This document shows, piece after piece, positions 26,000 through 36,694 of a stretch of DNA of 64,000 nucleotides; within the stretch, counting starts at the first letter, position 1; every line of letters starts with the position of its first letter. The notes under the pieces are model-generated. The model searched no databases. It was not told the origin of the DNA and worked only from the letters and a program-made list of their open reading frames with translations. Position numbers and translations under genes: made by a program. The DNA lies in assembly GCF_001194135.2 (NCBI RefSeq), contig NC_068996.1:45814381-45878380 (forward strand), given 5' to 3'. This DNA comes from Octopus bimaculoides. Its lineage: Eukaryota.

Positions 26000-27039
26000 G
26001 TATATTTTCTTTGTCAATATTCTGAGTGTGATTATGTATCAAAGGAATCGCTTAGTTTGATTTATATGCTTACAAGTTTGATTGTGCAAAGGAACGAAAA
26101 TGTGTGTTTGTATAGTGATGAAAAAAAAAGAAAAGCGACAGGAGAAATTTTGTTTGTAGATGAATTTGTAGTTTTATGAAGCATAGACTGAATGTTTTAG
26201 TGTAAAATGAATAGCGCTGAAAAGGAGAGCTTAATCTCTCACAGAAACGACCTGCTTTTATGCCGCTTGCTCTTTTCATTTCATGAACGCCATTTCGCTG
26301 CTTTTGAGTGTCTTTACCTTTTTTCTTCGCATTTATTGACCACATGCCTAAGGACATATTTCCCCAACCATTGTCGATCAGTGTTGGTTCGTTTACATTT
26401 TCGTGATCTAGTAGTTCGTCAAAAGAATTGGATTTTATAAGCACCAGACTAGAAACAAGTACCACAATCGGTTTACCTCAAAACTGTGCGCTAGCATGGA
26501 CGCAGTACAATGACTGTAGCAAATAAAATAATGCACACACACACACACACTGTATTTGCCAGTATATAAAAGGCAATCTCGCATAAGATGCACCCTTATT
26601 TTACAAGTATATTTTGTGGGGAAAAAAGTATTTTTAATATGTTTCATTATACACTTCTTGGAAACTATTTTAAAGTGGTTTTATATAGAGAAATGTATAA
26701 TTCTGTACATGTAACGCAATATTGTAATAGTATACTGAAATAAAAGTATCGAAAGATAACTTTATCGTAAATGAACAACGTTATACTAGTACTGCCCCAG
26801 TTTTATCTTCTTTCAGATCAATTATATAATTATTTATATTTTTCGTCATGAAAATTGTCATACAGGATGTAAAACTCACGTTACTTGTAATGTCTTGTGT
26901 AACCACGAGCATTTCACAAAATGGCGCATTACAGCTGTGCTTCTGTTTACATCCACTCTTTGCAAATGAAAATTTAGCATTCCTTTTATCTTTCTTGAAG
27001 AATTTTCCCAGAAGATAATTATAAAATGTTTCTGGGACA

Positions 27040-27475
27040 GAAGTGGCTGTATGGTAAAAAGCTTGCTCCCCAACCACATGGTTCCGGATTCAGTCCCACT
27101 GAGTGGTACCTTGTGCAAGTGTCTTTCCTGTACTGTAGCCTCTGGCCGACCAAATCCTTGTGAGTGGATTTGGTAGACGGAAACTGAAAGAAGCTCGTCG
27201 TGTATATGTGTGTGTGTGTGTGTGTGTGCGCGCGCGCGTGCGCGCACGTCTTTGTGTCTGCTTGTCCCCCACCACCACCACCGTCCCCTCGCTTGACCAT
27301 CGGTGTTTGTGTGTTTACGACCCCGTAACTTAGCGGTTCCGCAAAAGGATCCGATAGACCAAGTACTAGGTTTAAGAAACAAGTCCTGGGGTTGTTTTGT
27401 TCGACTAAAACCCTTCAAGGCGGTGCTTCAGCATGGCCACAGTCAAATGACTGAAACAAATAAAAGAATAAAAGG
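27040..27475 (+). mobile_element. SINE family B copy
   Basis: Aligns end to end with 18568-18972. Confidence 0.85.
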
Positions 27476-27865
27476 AACCTGGTCATTAAATAATGCAAGA
27501 AACATCAGATGTGGGATTATGTACGCCGGGAAAGAAAGTATAACGAGATGGGACTTCTCCACGTAACTGCCAATATACTGTAAGCACTTTTTCTTTATTA
27601 GTTTGTGCAAAGCGTCTCTGATATTTTGGCTTTGTTTCCAGTAATTTGATTAATAATTAGAGAATCAAGCGGATGCATGCTCATCCGACTACCTAACTTA
27701 GAGCACACGGTCTCCCATTCCTAATGTTGCCGTATTAGACGCAGATGTATTTTGGGACACATTTAGAAACAGAGAGTAAAAAAGTCGTGCATCTTATACC
27801 GCAAGAAATGCGGTGCGAACACACACGCACACGCACATACACACATACATACACGCACACATACA

Positions 27866-28092
27866 CGAGCTGGCAGAAACGTTAGCACGCCGGGCGAAAT
27901 GCTTAGCGGTATTTCGTCTACCGCTACGTTCTGAGTTCAAATTCCGCCGAGGTCGACTCTGCCTTTCATCCTTTCGGGGTCGATTAAATAAGTACCAGTT
28001 ACGCACTGGGGTCGGTATAATCGACTTAATCCGTTTGTCTGTCCTTGTTTGTCCCCTCTGTGTGTAGCCCCTTGTGGGTAGTAAAGAAATAA
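27866..28092 (+). mobile_element. tRNA-derived SINE family A, near full length
   Basis: gagctggcagaaacgttagcacgccgggcgaaatgcttagc...ctgagttcaaattccgccgaggtcgact.tgcctttcatcctttcggggtcg...aagtaccagtt..cactggggtcg. Other copies: 4815-5000, 11180-11300, 12905-13410, 28255-28460, 35577-35830 (+); 33835-34262, 39120-39455 (-). Confidence 0.85.
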
Positions 28093-29184
28093 CACATACA
28101 CGTGCACATGTATACACATGCACGCACACACGCAGTACACATACATGCGCACGCATGTGCATATGCATACATGCGATAACACACACACACACACATATAC
28201 ATAAACACACACATACATGTGTGTGTGTGTATGATATAATAGTAGTATATGAACTGGTAAAGGCGACGAACTGGTAGCATCGGTTAACAAGTTGGACAAA
28301 ATGCTTAGTGGCATTTCGTCCGTCTTAACAATCTGAGTTCAAATTCCGCCGAGGTTGACTTTGCCCTTAATCTTTTCGAGGGCGTTGAAATAAGTGTACT
28401 GGTGTCGTTATAATCTACCTACACTCCCCTGCGAACTTGCTGTCCTTGTGTCAAAATTTGAAACAGTTTTCCATGAAGATTTTTGCTCGTAGACATACCA
28501 AATATTAGGTTGACACCAGAGGGTTTTCAAATGACGTTGGTGTGAAGTTTGGATTTTGGGTAGTAAGAGCTACTTTTGTTTCAACAGGATTCTGGCACCA
28601 AAGTGATTTAATGAAGTATTAAGCAAGGTTTTAGTCTATATTATTCTTTCTCTGTTATGAAGTATATTACCAGAATAGAATCTATTACTTAAATCCTGCA
28701 CAAGGAAAATTACTGATTTAAAAGTCTCTCGCAAAAGCATACTTTCGGTGTTGTGTGTGCGTTTATATGAAATGTAAAGCAGATAGCACTACTGGTCAGA
28801 ACTAATGTTATGAATTTCTCTTCATTTAAGTTCATCAAAATTCCTTTACAATTCATTATAATAATGCTGAATAGCATAAATAGGCCGCTAATAAATTTTT
28901 CTGCAATATAAGGATGTTCTGTCCTATTCAGCATTATTATTATTATGCGTTTGAGAATGAAATATTTCCATATCTGTATATTTCAATACAACTCAACGCT
29001 TCTAAAAAAGCAAATTCTGTTTGTTTACATATATCGTAATTTCTTTAAAATTGTTCAGTTTTTTTTTTCTTTATTTTATATGTACCTTTTAGTAAAATTG
29101 TCGCAAATTTCAGATGTTTTAAAACTATTTATTTATCTTTCTGTCTCTCCCTCTCTTTCTCTCTCTCTCTCTCTAAACTTGAAG

Positions 29185-29285
29185 TTACCGAGTTCGAATA
29201 GAAGGAATTTTAATACGTCAAGAATTTGGTAGCGAGATGGAATGTGTGAAACCATCTTTACACTCAATTATAAGAACAGCTACTG
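29185..29285 (+). CDS. INF2: Inverted formin FH2 exon
   Basis: Acceptor after a (CT)n tract, G|gtaagt donor. (N)YRVRIEGILIRQEFGSEMECVKPSLHSIIRTAT. Phases 2 in and 1 out fit the neighbours. Confidence 0.93.
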
Positions 29286-29840
29286 GTAAGTTCCTTTTTT
29301 TTCTTCCTAATATAGATATTCTGTATCAGTAAAAAACTAAATAGATATTTATGTTTTAGATATTTTTGCACCCTGTAAAAGATATAGACTTAGAAAAATA
29401 TATTCCGAAAATCTAGTCCAGCATCCCACAGCTAAACTAATTCCATTAGTAACACTCAAGATTTCTCCATTCCTTCTCAAAGCTTCTACACCTTATCTAG
29501 ACAATTAAAGCTGGAATAAGACCACTGGGCGCAGCTACTTGGACGTTGATGCTCTGGCATAGCTGACGGGACATACAGCTTGTTTTAGTGGTAGTTCTTT
29601 TTGGCACTAGAGGCAGATACACACATGCACAGAAATGTACACATACAGATAGAGAAAGAGAGGGAAAGAGAGATGCTACATCTTATTAACTGAACCCAAT
29701 TGACATAAACACGTTCCTTCTCCTCACACAAAGAGAAATGGATTCACGCAAATAAAAAGAAAGAGAGAACGACTGAAACATTTACAATGTTTAATGCCAA
29801 TTAAGTTTGCCAAAATATGTGCCAAAACGTCTCATACTCT

Positions 29841-30015
29841 TCTATATTTAAGAGATGAAGAATTATGTACATTATTTACATTTGACGGATATTTGTCCTC
29901 ATCTTGTTTGTTGTTAACCACTATGCCATATGCCCGTGGGCATATGGCGCAGTGGTTAAGAGCGCGGGCTACTAACCCAAAGATTCCGAGTTCGATTCCA
30001 GGCAGTGACCTGAAA

Positions 30016-30049
<34 letters not shown>

Positions 30050-30190
30050 CCATCGGAAAATACCTTAGTAATGAGAACCCAGGTTCGGAATTTCCCCAAG
30101 ACACCTGATGAAGGCTGGAGGGTATATCAGCCGAAACATTGTGTTAACAACAAACAAGATGAGGACAAATACCCATCAAATGTAAATAGT
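29841..30190 (+). mobile_element. tRNA-headed non-autonomous retroelement with hammerhead and inverted 5' copy
   Basis: 12-bp direct repeat GTCTCATACTCT at 29829-29840 and 30191-30202. Pol III A box TGGCGCAGTGG 29945-29955, B box GAGTTCGATTCC 29988-29999, (AAT)n, hammerhead. 29841-29935 is an inverted deleted copy. Confidence 0.8.
30100..30145 (+). ncRNA. Minimal type I hammerhead ribozyme motif (family H1)
   Basis: Stem I gacac/gtgtt, core CTGATGA, extra A, stem II ggctg/cagcc with a 10-nt loop, GAAAC, triplet ATT. Confidence 0.8.
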
Positions 30191-31698
30191 GTCTCATACT
30201 CTATAACTTACCCCTGGTAAAGGTTTCTCTTGTTTGCAATGTCTGAGCACTGAAATACTCGAACCTAATCCGTTTCAGCCATATTTTCCGTCTGTCATTA
30301 AGAAGTACCAGTAATATATTGATTTTAGTTCAGAGCACCATATAAGTTTTTGCGGAAACAAACACAAAAATAAAATTCCCGTACAAAGTGTATTTTTATT
30401 GCTGCTAATAAGAAAATCGATGGTATTTTGAGGTTTGTTCTTGCTGATAGGGAGAATACGGGAACATGTTTGGCAAACATCAATATATATTTCCAAAATA
30501 AGAACTTTCAATCGTTTCTAATAATGGAATTAATTTTTTGGTCAATAAATGGATATTTATTTTTATGTGGTGGTTGTTTCAAAAGAAGTATACTTTTCCT
30601 TTGTGAAATAGCCACAACGTTGTATAACCAGCTACTTCAGTTTCAAACAAAACGCATTTGACATTTGTTTGGATCAACACGGCTTCCCTAGACCTTCGAA
30701 ATTTAGCTGCTAGAACGCATAATAGCTTGCGATCGAGTTAACCATTTGAGGCATTAGAAACCGGTTCAGGAATATTAACAATGCAATTTAGAGAGTTTCG
30801 ATTTTATGCGATGATATCAAATATATTGATGTATTGCCATGTCATATTTCAGTTTTTAATTCAACTCATTTACGACTTAGAAACTTCTAGTTTTTTTTTG
30901 TTTTTTTTTTCGTATATACATACTTTACTAACTTCGGACAAGCTAATGGTAGTATGGTTAAGAAATTGACTTCGCTACCACACAGTTTTAGGTTCAGTCC
31001 TACTGCATGGCACTTGATCAAGTCTTTTCTACTATAACCTCGGGCCAACCAATGTCTTTTGAGTTAATTTGAAGGACAGAAAATACGTATTTGTGCGTCT
31101 TTCTGCTTGCTTTCTACAACTAAGCTTGGTTTATTTATGTTTCCGTGTCTGTGTTTCGGCAAAAACAAAAAATTAAATAAGAGCGAGAAAGACGCATAGA
31201 ATAAATATCAGACTTAAAAAAGACGCTGGTATCGAGAAAGTGCCCTAACATGCCGCAGTCCTATGAATTAAACAAGTTAAAGAATAAAGGAAAAAAATAA
31301 CTAGAATTATTCCGATAAGAAACTATACTCGTTTAACACAGTATGCAAACTAAACGGCCCATTCGTTTTATAGTGCCAACGATAATTTAACAACGAACTA
31401 TATTATATTTGCTGTACATGGTGACTAATATATATAATTAGAATTATATAAACCTTGTACCGGGACACTTTCATTTGTAGAATTTATTTCAAATTATTGT
31501 TTCTATGTGATGGAAACATCGTCACTGATATTTTTTTCAAAATTCTGTTTTTGTCATTAATTATTTTTTTCTTTTCTTTTTCTTTTCCTCTCAAACATCA
31601 TGTGAGTGGATATTAGCTAAGTGAATTATCAAACTGTAAAATTCTGTTAACTATAATTTAGATATATCAGTATTTTGCCACCTTTTTTTCCCCACCAG

Positions 31699-31769
31699 AT
31701 ATGAAAGAAAATCATGAACTTCGTGAACTTCTTTACATGGTTTTAGTAGCTGGAAATTATCTGAATTCG
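31699..31769 (+). CDS. INF2: Inverted formin FH2 exon (post motif)
   Basis: tttttttccccaccag acceptor, TCG|gtaagt donor. (D)MKENHELRELLYMVLVAGNYLNS contains the FH2 GNY(L/M)N signature. Confidence 0.95.
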
Positions 31770-33250
31770 GTAAGTTAAATTTATTGTTGTATTAATCTGA
31801 GTATATTAAATGTATGCAAATTGAGAGAAGACTACTCCAACATAAAACTTACAGCTTTCTGGTCATCCTAACAATCTTAGTCTGCTGAGTCACTGTAGCC
31901 AGACTTTCTGGTCTAAAGATTGGAATCAGATCGCGCAGTCAGAGAAATAAGCCCTGCAGTGTCAAGGATCGGTTTACATAACCTCCGGAGGGCGTGATTC
32001 TCTTCTTCATGACCTTCGAACACGAAGAAAATGCCATCGTCACCATGTATATGCATATGTGCGTGACCATATGTATGTAAGCATTGTGTATACACACACG
32101 TATGCTTATCTTTTGGTGTTGATACCAAATCAAGTATTGGTCTCGAATTCATCGACTCGACCTGTCGAATCGACCTTACTAAGTGGATCGATCATAATTT
32201 AGCAGCTAGAACGCATAATAGCTTGATGCCGAGTTAACCATTCGAGACAAGAGATATCGCTTCAGGAAAGATATCAATGCAGTGTAGAGGGTTTCGATTT
32301 TATGCCAAAGCTATCAAATACATTGATGTGATTTCCATGTTATATTTCAATTTTTAATTGAATTCATTTACGATTAAGCAGAGTAAAATATGTTAAGATT
32401 TTTTCGGTTAGTGTCATAGATTTCGCTTTTTTTTTGCTTTTTTTTTTTTGGCATTTCTCAGTTTTGTTCCAATTGTTTTCAAATTTAGTTATACCGATTT
32501 AGTTTTGTATGCTAATTATGAACGTGAAATTTCTTTTTGTCATAAATTAATAAATAAAAAGTTGATAGCTTTTAAAGTGTGAAAATTTTGGGTGATTGTA
32601 ACCAATCGGAAGCCACTATTATACAATATGATTGTATCTCACATTGGTGTCTGTTTCCATAGTAACAAGCAAAATTGTAGTCTGTCCTATTTTCATTATA
32701 ACAAGGGTGATGTACTCATTCGACTGTGACGCTTTCACTGCCACAACCACTATCACCACACGTCTGTGGCAGACAGCTATCACGCAGAAAATGCCGGCTT
32801 TCTATTCTTGTTTTATGATTGGGTAGGAATTATGTAACTTTGAACCTCTTCAGCATTTTTCTAAATTTCTTCTGGAAAAAATGATTCCAAAATTCGGATT
32901 CAGAGTAAAAGATAACATCAATATGCCAAATTTGAAAATTTTCACTTAATTCTAAATTTTCCAAATCTGTAACAGCTACCGGAAAGATTCGACAAAAAAA
33001 AAATTTGTATGGCATGGTAAAAATACAGAATATTTAAAACAAAATAAGATACGATTTATATCATTGTAACCATTTGCATCACAGCGGTTTCGAATAATCT
33101 AAGCAATTTTAAACCAATTTATTGCATAAATACTTTTATGTATGTGTGTGAATGAACGAACGAACGAACGGAGGCTACCGAGTGGTTTTCCAGATTGTCC
33201 ATTTCACTTGTATGCCAGTAGTATTTAGTAACATCGTTTATATATTTCAG

Positions 33251-33358
33251 GGTAATTATGCAGGAAATGCAGCAGGTTTCAAAATGAACTCCCTCTTAAA
33301 AGTTACAGAAATTAGGGCCAACAAACCAAGAATGACTTTAATGCATTATGTTGTAATG
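33251..33358 (+). CDS. INF2: Inverted formin FH2 exon
   Basis: tatatttcag acceptor, ATG|gtaaat donor. GNYAGNAAGFKMNSLLKVTEIRANKPRMTLMHYVVM, with the typical GNA.GF and TL(L/M)HY FH2 motifs. Confidence 0.95.
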
Positions 33359-33834
33359 GTAAATAAATTTTCCTTTAATCTTTTTATCTCTCTCTCTCTC
33401 TCTCTCTCTCTCCACCATTAATCTCTATGTATCCCTTCTGTTTTTCCGTTAATCTTTTCTCTTACATTCAATTCATTAACCCTATTACTCTATTTTCTCT
33501 TTCACTGTCTCAAACAAATTACGCCTGGAAGATCAATATTATTATTTTTTTTTTTTTACTCTGAAGATCGTCCAAATTTATCAGCACTGATAGAATAAGC
33601 CTATAACAAAAGACGTTCCAGCCAGCCAGCCACCCATAGCCATTCTAATATTTTTCATACGTATCGTGTATCTAAAATTGTATTACCCTTTGAATGAATA
33701 CGTGCAATGCTTAGAACAGTGTGCTTAAAAATATTGTACCGAAATATTGTTAAAATAGTAACCTCGCTTTGATAACTAGTTTGATAACGCTTTGATTACG
33801 ACAAAGTAATATCTACGTTGCCTTAATAGTTTTT

Positions 33835-34262
33835 CTACTAAAGGCACAAGGTCTGAAACTTTGGAAGTGGGAGCTGGTCGGTTACATGACAGGCACTTAT
33901 TTTATCGACTCCGGAAGTGTGAAAAACAAATTCGACCTCGACAGAATTTGAACTCTGAACGTAAAGACCGACGAAATGCTGCTAAGCATTTTGCCCGGAA
34001 TGCTAACGTTTCTGTTAATCTCACCGCCATTCGTTGCCTTAGTATCCTTTCTACTATCGGCACAAGGCCTGGATTTTGTTGGGGAGGTGGGGACAGTCGA
34101 TCACATCGACTCCAGTACTCAACTGGCACTTAATTTATCGACTCCAAAAGGATGAAAGGCAAAGTCGACCTCAACGGAATTTGAACTCAGGGCGTAGCGA
34201 CAGGCGAAACACCACTAAGCATTTCGTCCAGCGTGCTAACGACTCAGCCAGCTCGCCGCCTT
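33835..34262 (-). mobile_element. Two tandem inverted SINE family A copies
   Basis: Each half shows the reverse complement motifs tttatcgactcc..aagg.tgaa and gaatttgaactc...ctaagcatttcg.cc. Confidence 0.8.
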
Positions 34263-35535
34263 GTACGTTACCTTAGTATCGACAAAGCTTTAATAACTTT
34301 AAAAATATGATCAATAATACAGTTTTTTTTTTTTAAATGCGAGTGTATGTACGCAAAGAGAATACACCAAAGCATGTTCTGAAAATATATACACGCAGTT
34401 TACTATTAGCTAATTCCCGAGAAGTCAATGAAAGAGATATGTATGTGTGTATACACGCACACATAGATATTTTATACAGGCATTGACCAGGCGTGGTCGT
34501 GTGGTAACAAGTTGTATACGATAGGTTTTTTTCGGTTTCAGTCAGGAAATCCACTCACAAGACTTTGGTCAGCCTGTGGCCATAGTTGAAGGCATTTGCC
34601 CAACGTGTCAAACAGTGAGGCGGAACCATGTTGTTGAGAAGCGAACTTCTTTCCACATCGTTGAATTTTTTTATTCCCATTTCCTATTGAAATGACAAAA
34701 TATATCATCCATCTTTATATACTGACTCGCTCCTTTTCTATCTCCCCCCCTTTCCCTCTCCGTTCACCATTTCTATCTAGATCGGTCTATCATCTGTTTC
34801 TCTCTGTCTAATAAAAGAAAAGTGAGAAAGAGGAAGAGATGCAATTGCAGTAAGAATAAATGTTATATTACAGTGTTAGTGTTAGCATAGTCTTAAAATG
34901 GAGGAAGAAGAAGGAGAAGAGTGCGAAGGACGAAACTATGTTATTGCCTCCCAAATCTTCCACGGTGCCGACTCTAAAACCCTAACCCTCTCCCAGCAAT
35001 TCACTGCACATACAAATCCGCCCACCACCTTACATACATATCCCTTCTCTTACTGGAACCCTAACCCTGATGCCATTGTGCCAGCGCACCCCCTGTTGAC
35101 AAAACGTGGTACTAATCAAATGCCATACCGGTTTGTGAAGTCCACCAGGCTGGTCGGTCATATTTACTTTGTTTTGTAGCTTTTATCATTATGCTGTTTT
35201 TCCTTTTAGTTGTTTTTCTTTTTTTTTTTCCACTTTCTTTAGAATGTCTGTTCTTGTAACCTTTTTGTTTTGTTTCGTTTTTAATATTCTTCTTTTTCTT
35301 CTTTTGCTTGCTTGCTTGATGCAGTGATTATGGGTTGGTGTTATTGCGTTAACATACTGGACAAAGAATGCTTAGCAGCACTTCGTCCGTCTTTGTTATC
35401 AGCTTAAATTTTGCGGACGTCGACTTTGCTTTTCATCTTTTCACGGTCTTTAAAATAAGTAAGAATCAAGTAATGGGAACGATGTAATTGACTAACCAAT
35501 CCCTCAAAATTTCAGGTTTTGTACCTGAAAAAAGG

Positions 35536-35575
<40 letters not shown>

Positions 35576-36600
35576 AAGGCAGCTAGCTGGCAGAAATCAT
35601 TAGCACACTGGGTGACAGGTTTAGTGGTATTTCGTCTTTCTTTATGTTTTGAGTTCAAATTCCACCAAGGTCGACTTTACCTTTCATCCTTTCGGGGTCG
35701 ATAAATTAAGTACCAGTTGTATACTGGGGTCGATGTAATCGACTCATCCCTTCCCTCCAAATTACAGGCTTTGTGCCTTTAGTAGAAAGCATTATTATTA
35801 TTATTATTAAGGCGGCGAGCTGGCGGGCATGTGGGCGGATATTCTGTTGGTTGGTTACTTAGTAAGTTGGCTGGCTGGCTGGCTGGCTGTCTGGTTGGTT
35901 GGTTGGTTGGTTAGTTACTTAGTTAGCTGGCCACTTATTCTGTTATTTGGTTACTTAGTTACTCAGCTGGTTACTTTGTTTGTTTGTTTAGGTTGGTGGG
36001 TGTAAAATAATTGCGATTAAAAGAACTAGGACGAACTCGATAGACAATATTACTTCCTGAAATTACGCTGGATATCACAGATTTTGGTACCTTCGAAGTT
36101 TGACCACTTTCTTAAAAATATCTGGGACACTAATTCAAAATATACCAGCTCACGTCAAGTATGCTATATTAGCCCTATTTTTGGATATTCATTATATATT
36201 TTTATACACTGATGTTTCAGGAACTTCAATTACTTTTTAGATTTTGGTTCCTTAAGTGTTAAACATATTTTAGCAATATTTGGATCGCTAGTTTTAGAAA
36301 TGACATTAGTTTCCTTTTGAGCTTTTATTTATGTTATTCGGAGACAAAAACATTATTGCTATTAATATATTAAATGCTCTGAATAATTATTACATTATCT
36401 AAATTATTTTCGTTTATTGATTATTTTTTATTTTATTTTTCAAAGACTTTACCTTAAGCTTTTTGCGCATAGGTGCAGAAATGAGTTTCGAGATACATCC
36501 CTCTCTACTGCGATTTGGGCAAATGTTTTTTAACATATCCCCTGCCGAGCAATGTTGCGTGGGTGGATCTGGTTGACAGAAACTGCGTGGAAGTCCATCG

Positions 36601-36601
36601 C

Positions 36602-36692
<91 letters not shown>
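36601..36692. repeat. (GT)n microsatellite
   Basis: Uninterrupted GT run inside a SINE B remnant. Confidence 0.95.

Positions 36693-36694
<2 letters not shown>

Noticed and set aside
26070-26465. 131-aa minus-strand ORF, and a plus-strand ILFVDE resembling a DDE motif
   Set aside because: No further motifs and no splice or terminal structure support; consistent with chance.
29938-30010. Apparent tRNA gene (ACT anticodon loop, A and B boxes)
   Set aside because: The acceptor stem does not pair, and it is embedded in a TSD-flanked element, so it is a SINE-type head rather than a functional tRNA.
34914-34942. Hammerhead-like gaagagtgcgaaggacgaaactatgtt
   Set aside because: Lacks the C3-U4 core bases, has a mismatch in stem II and no adjacent stem I. 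It lies in a purine-rich run where chance matches are likely.
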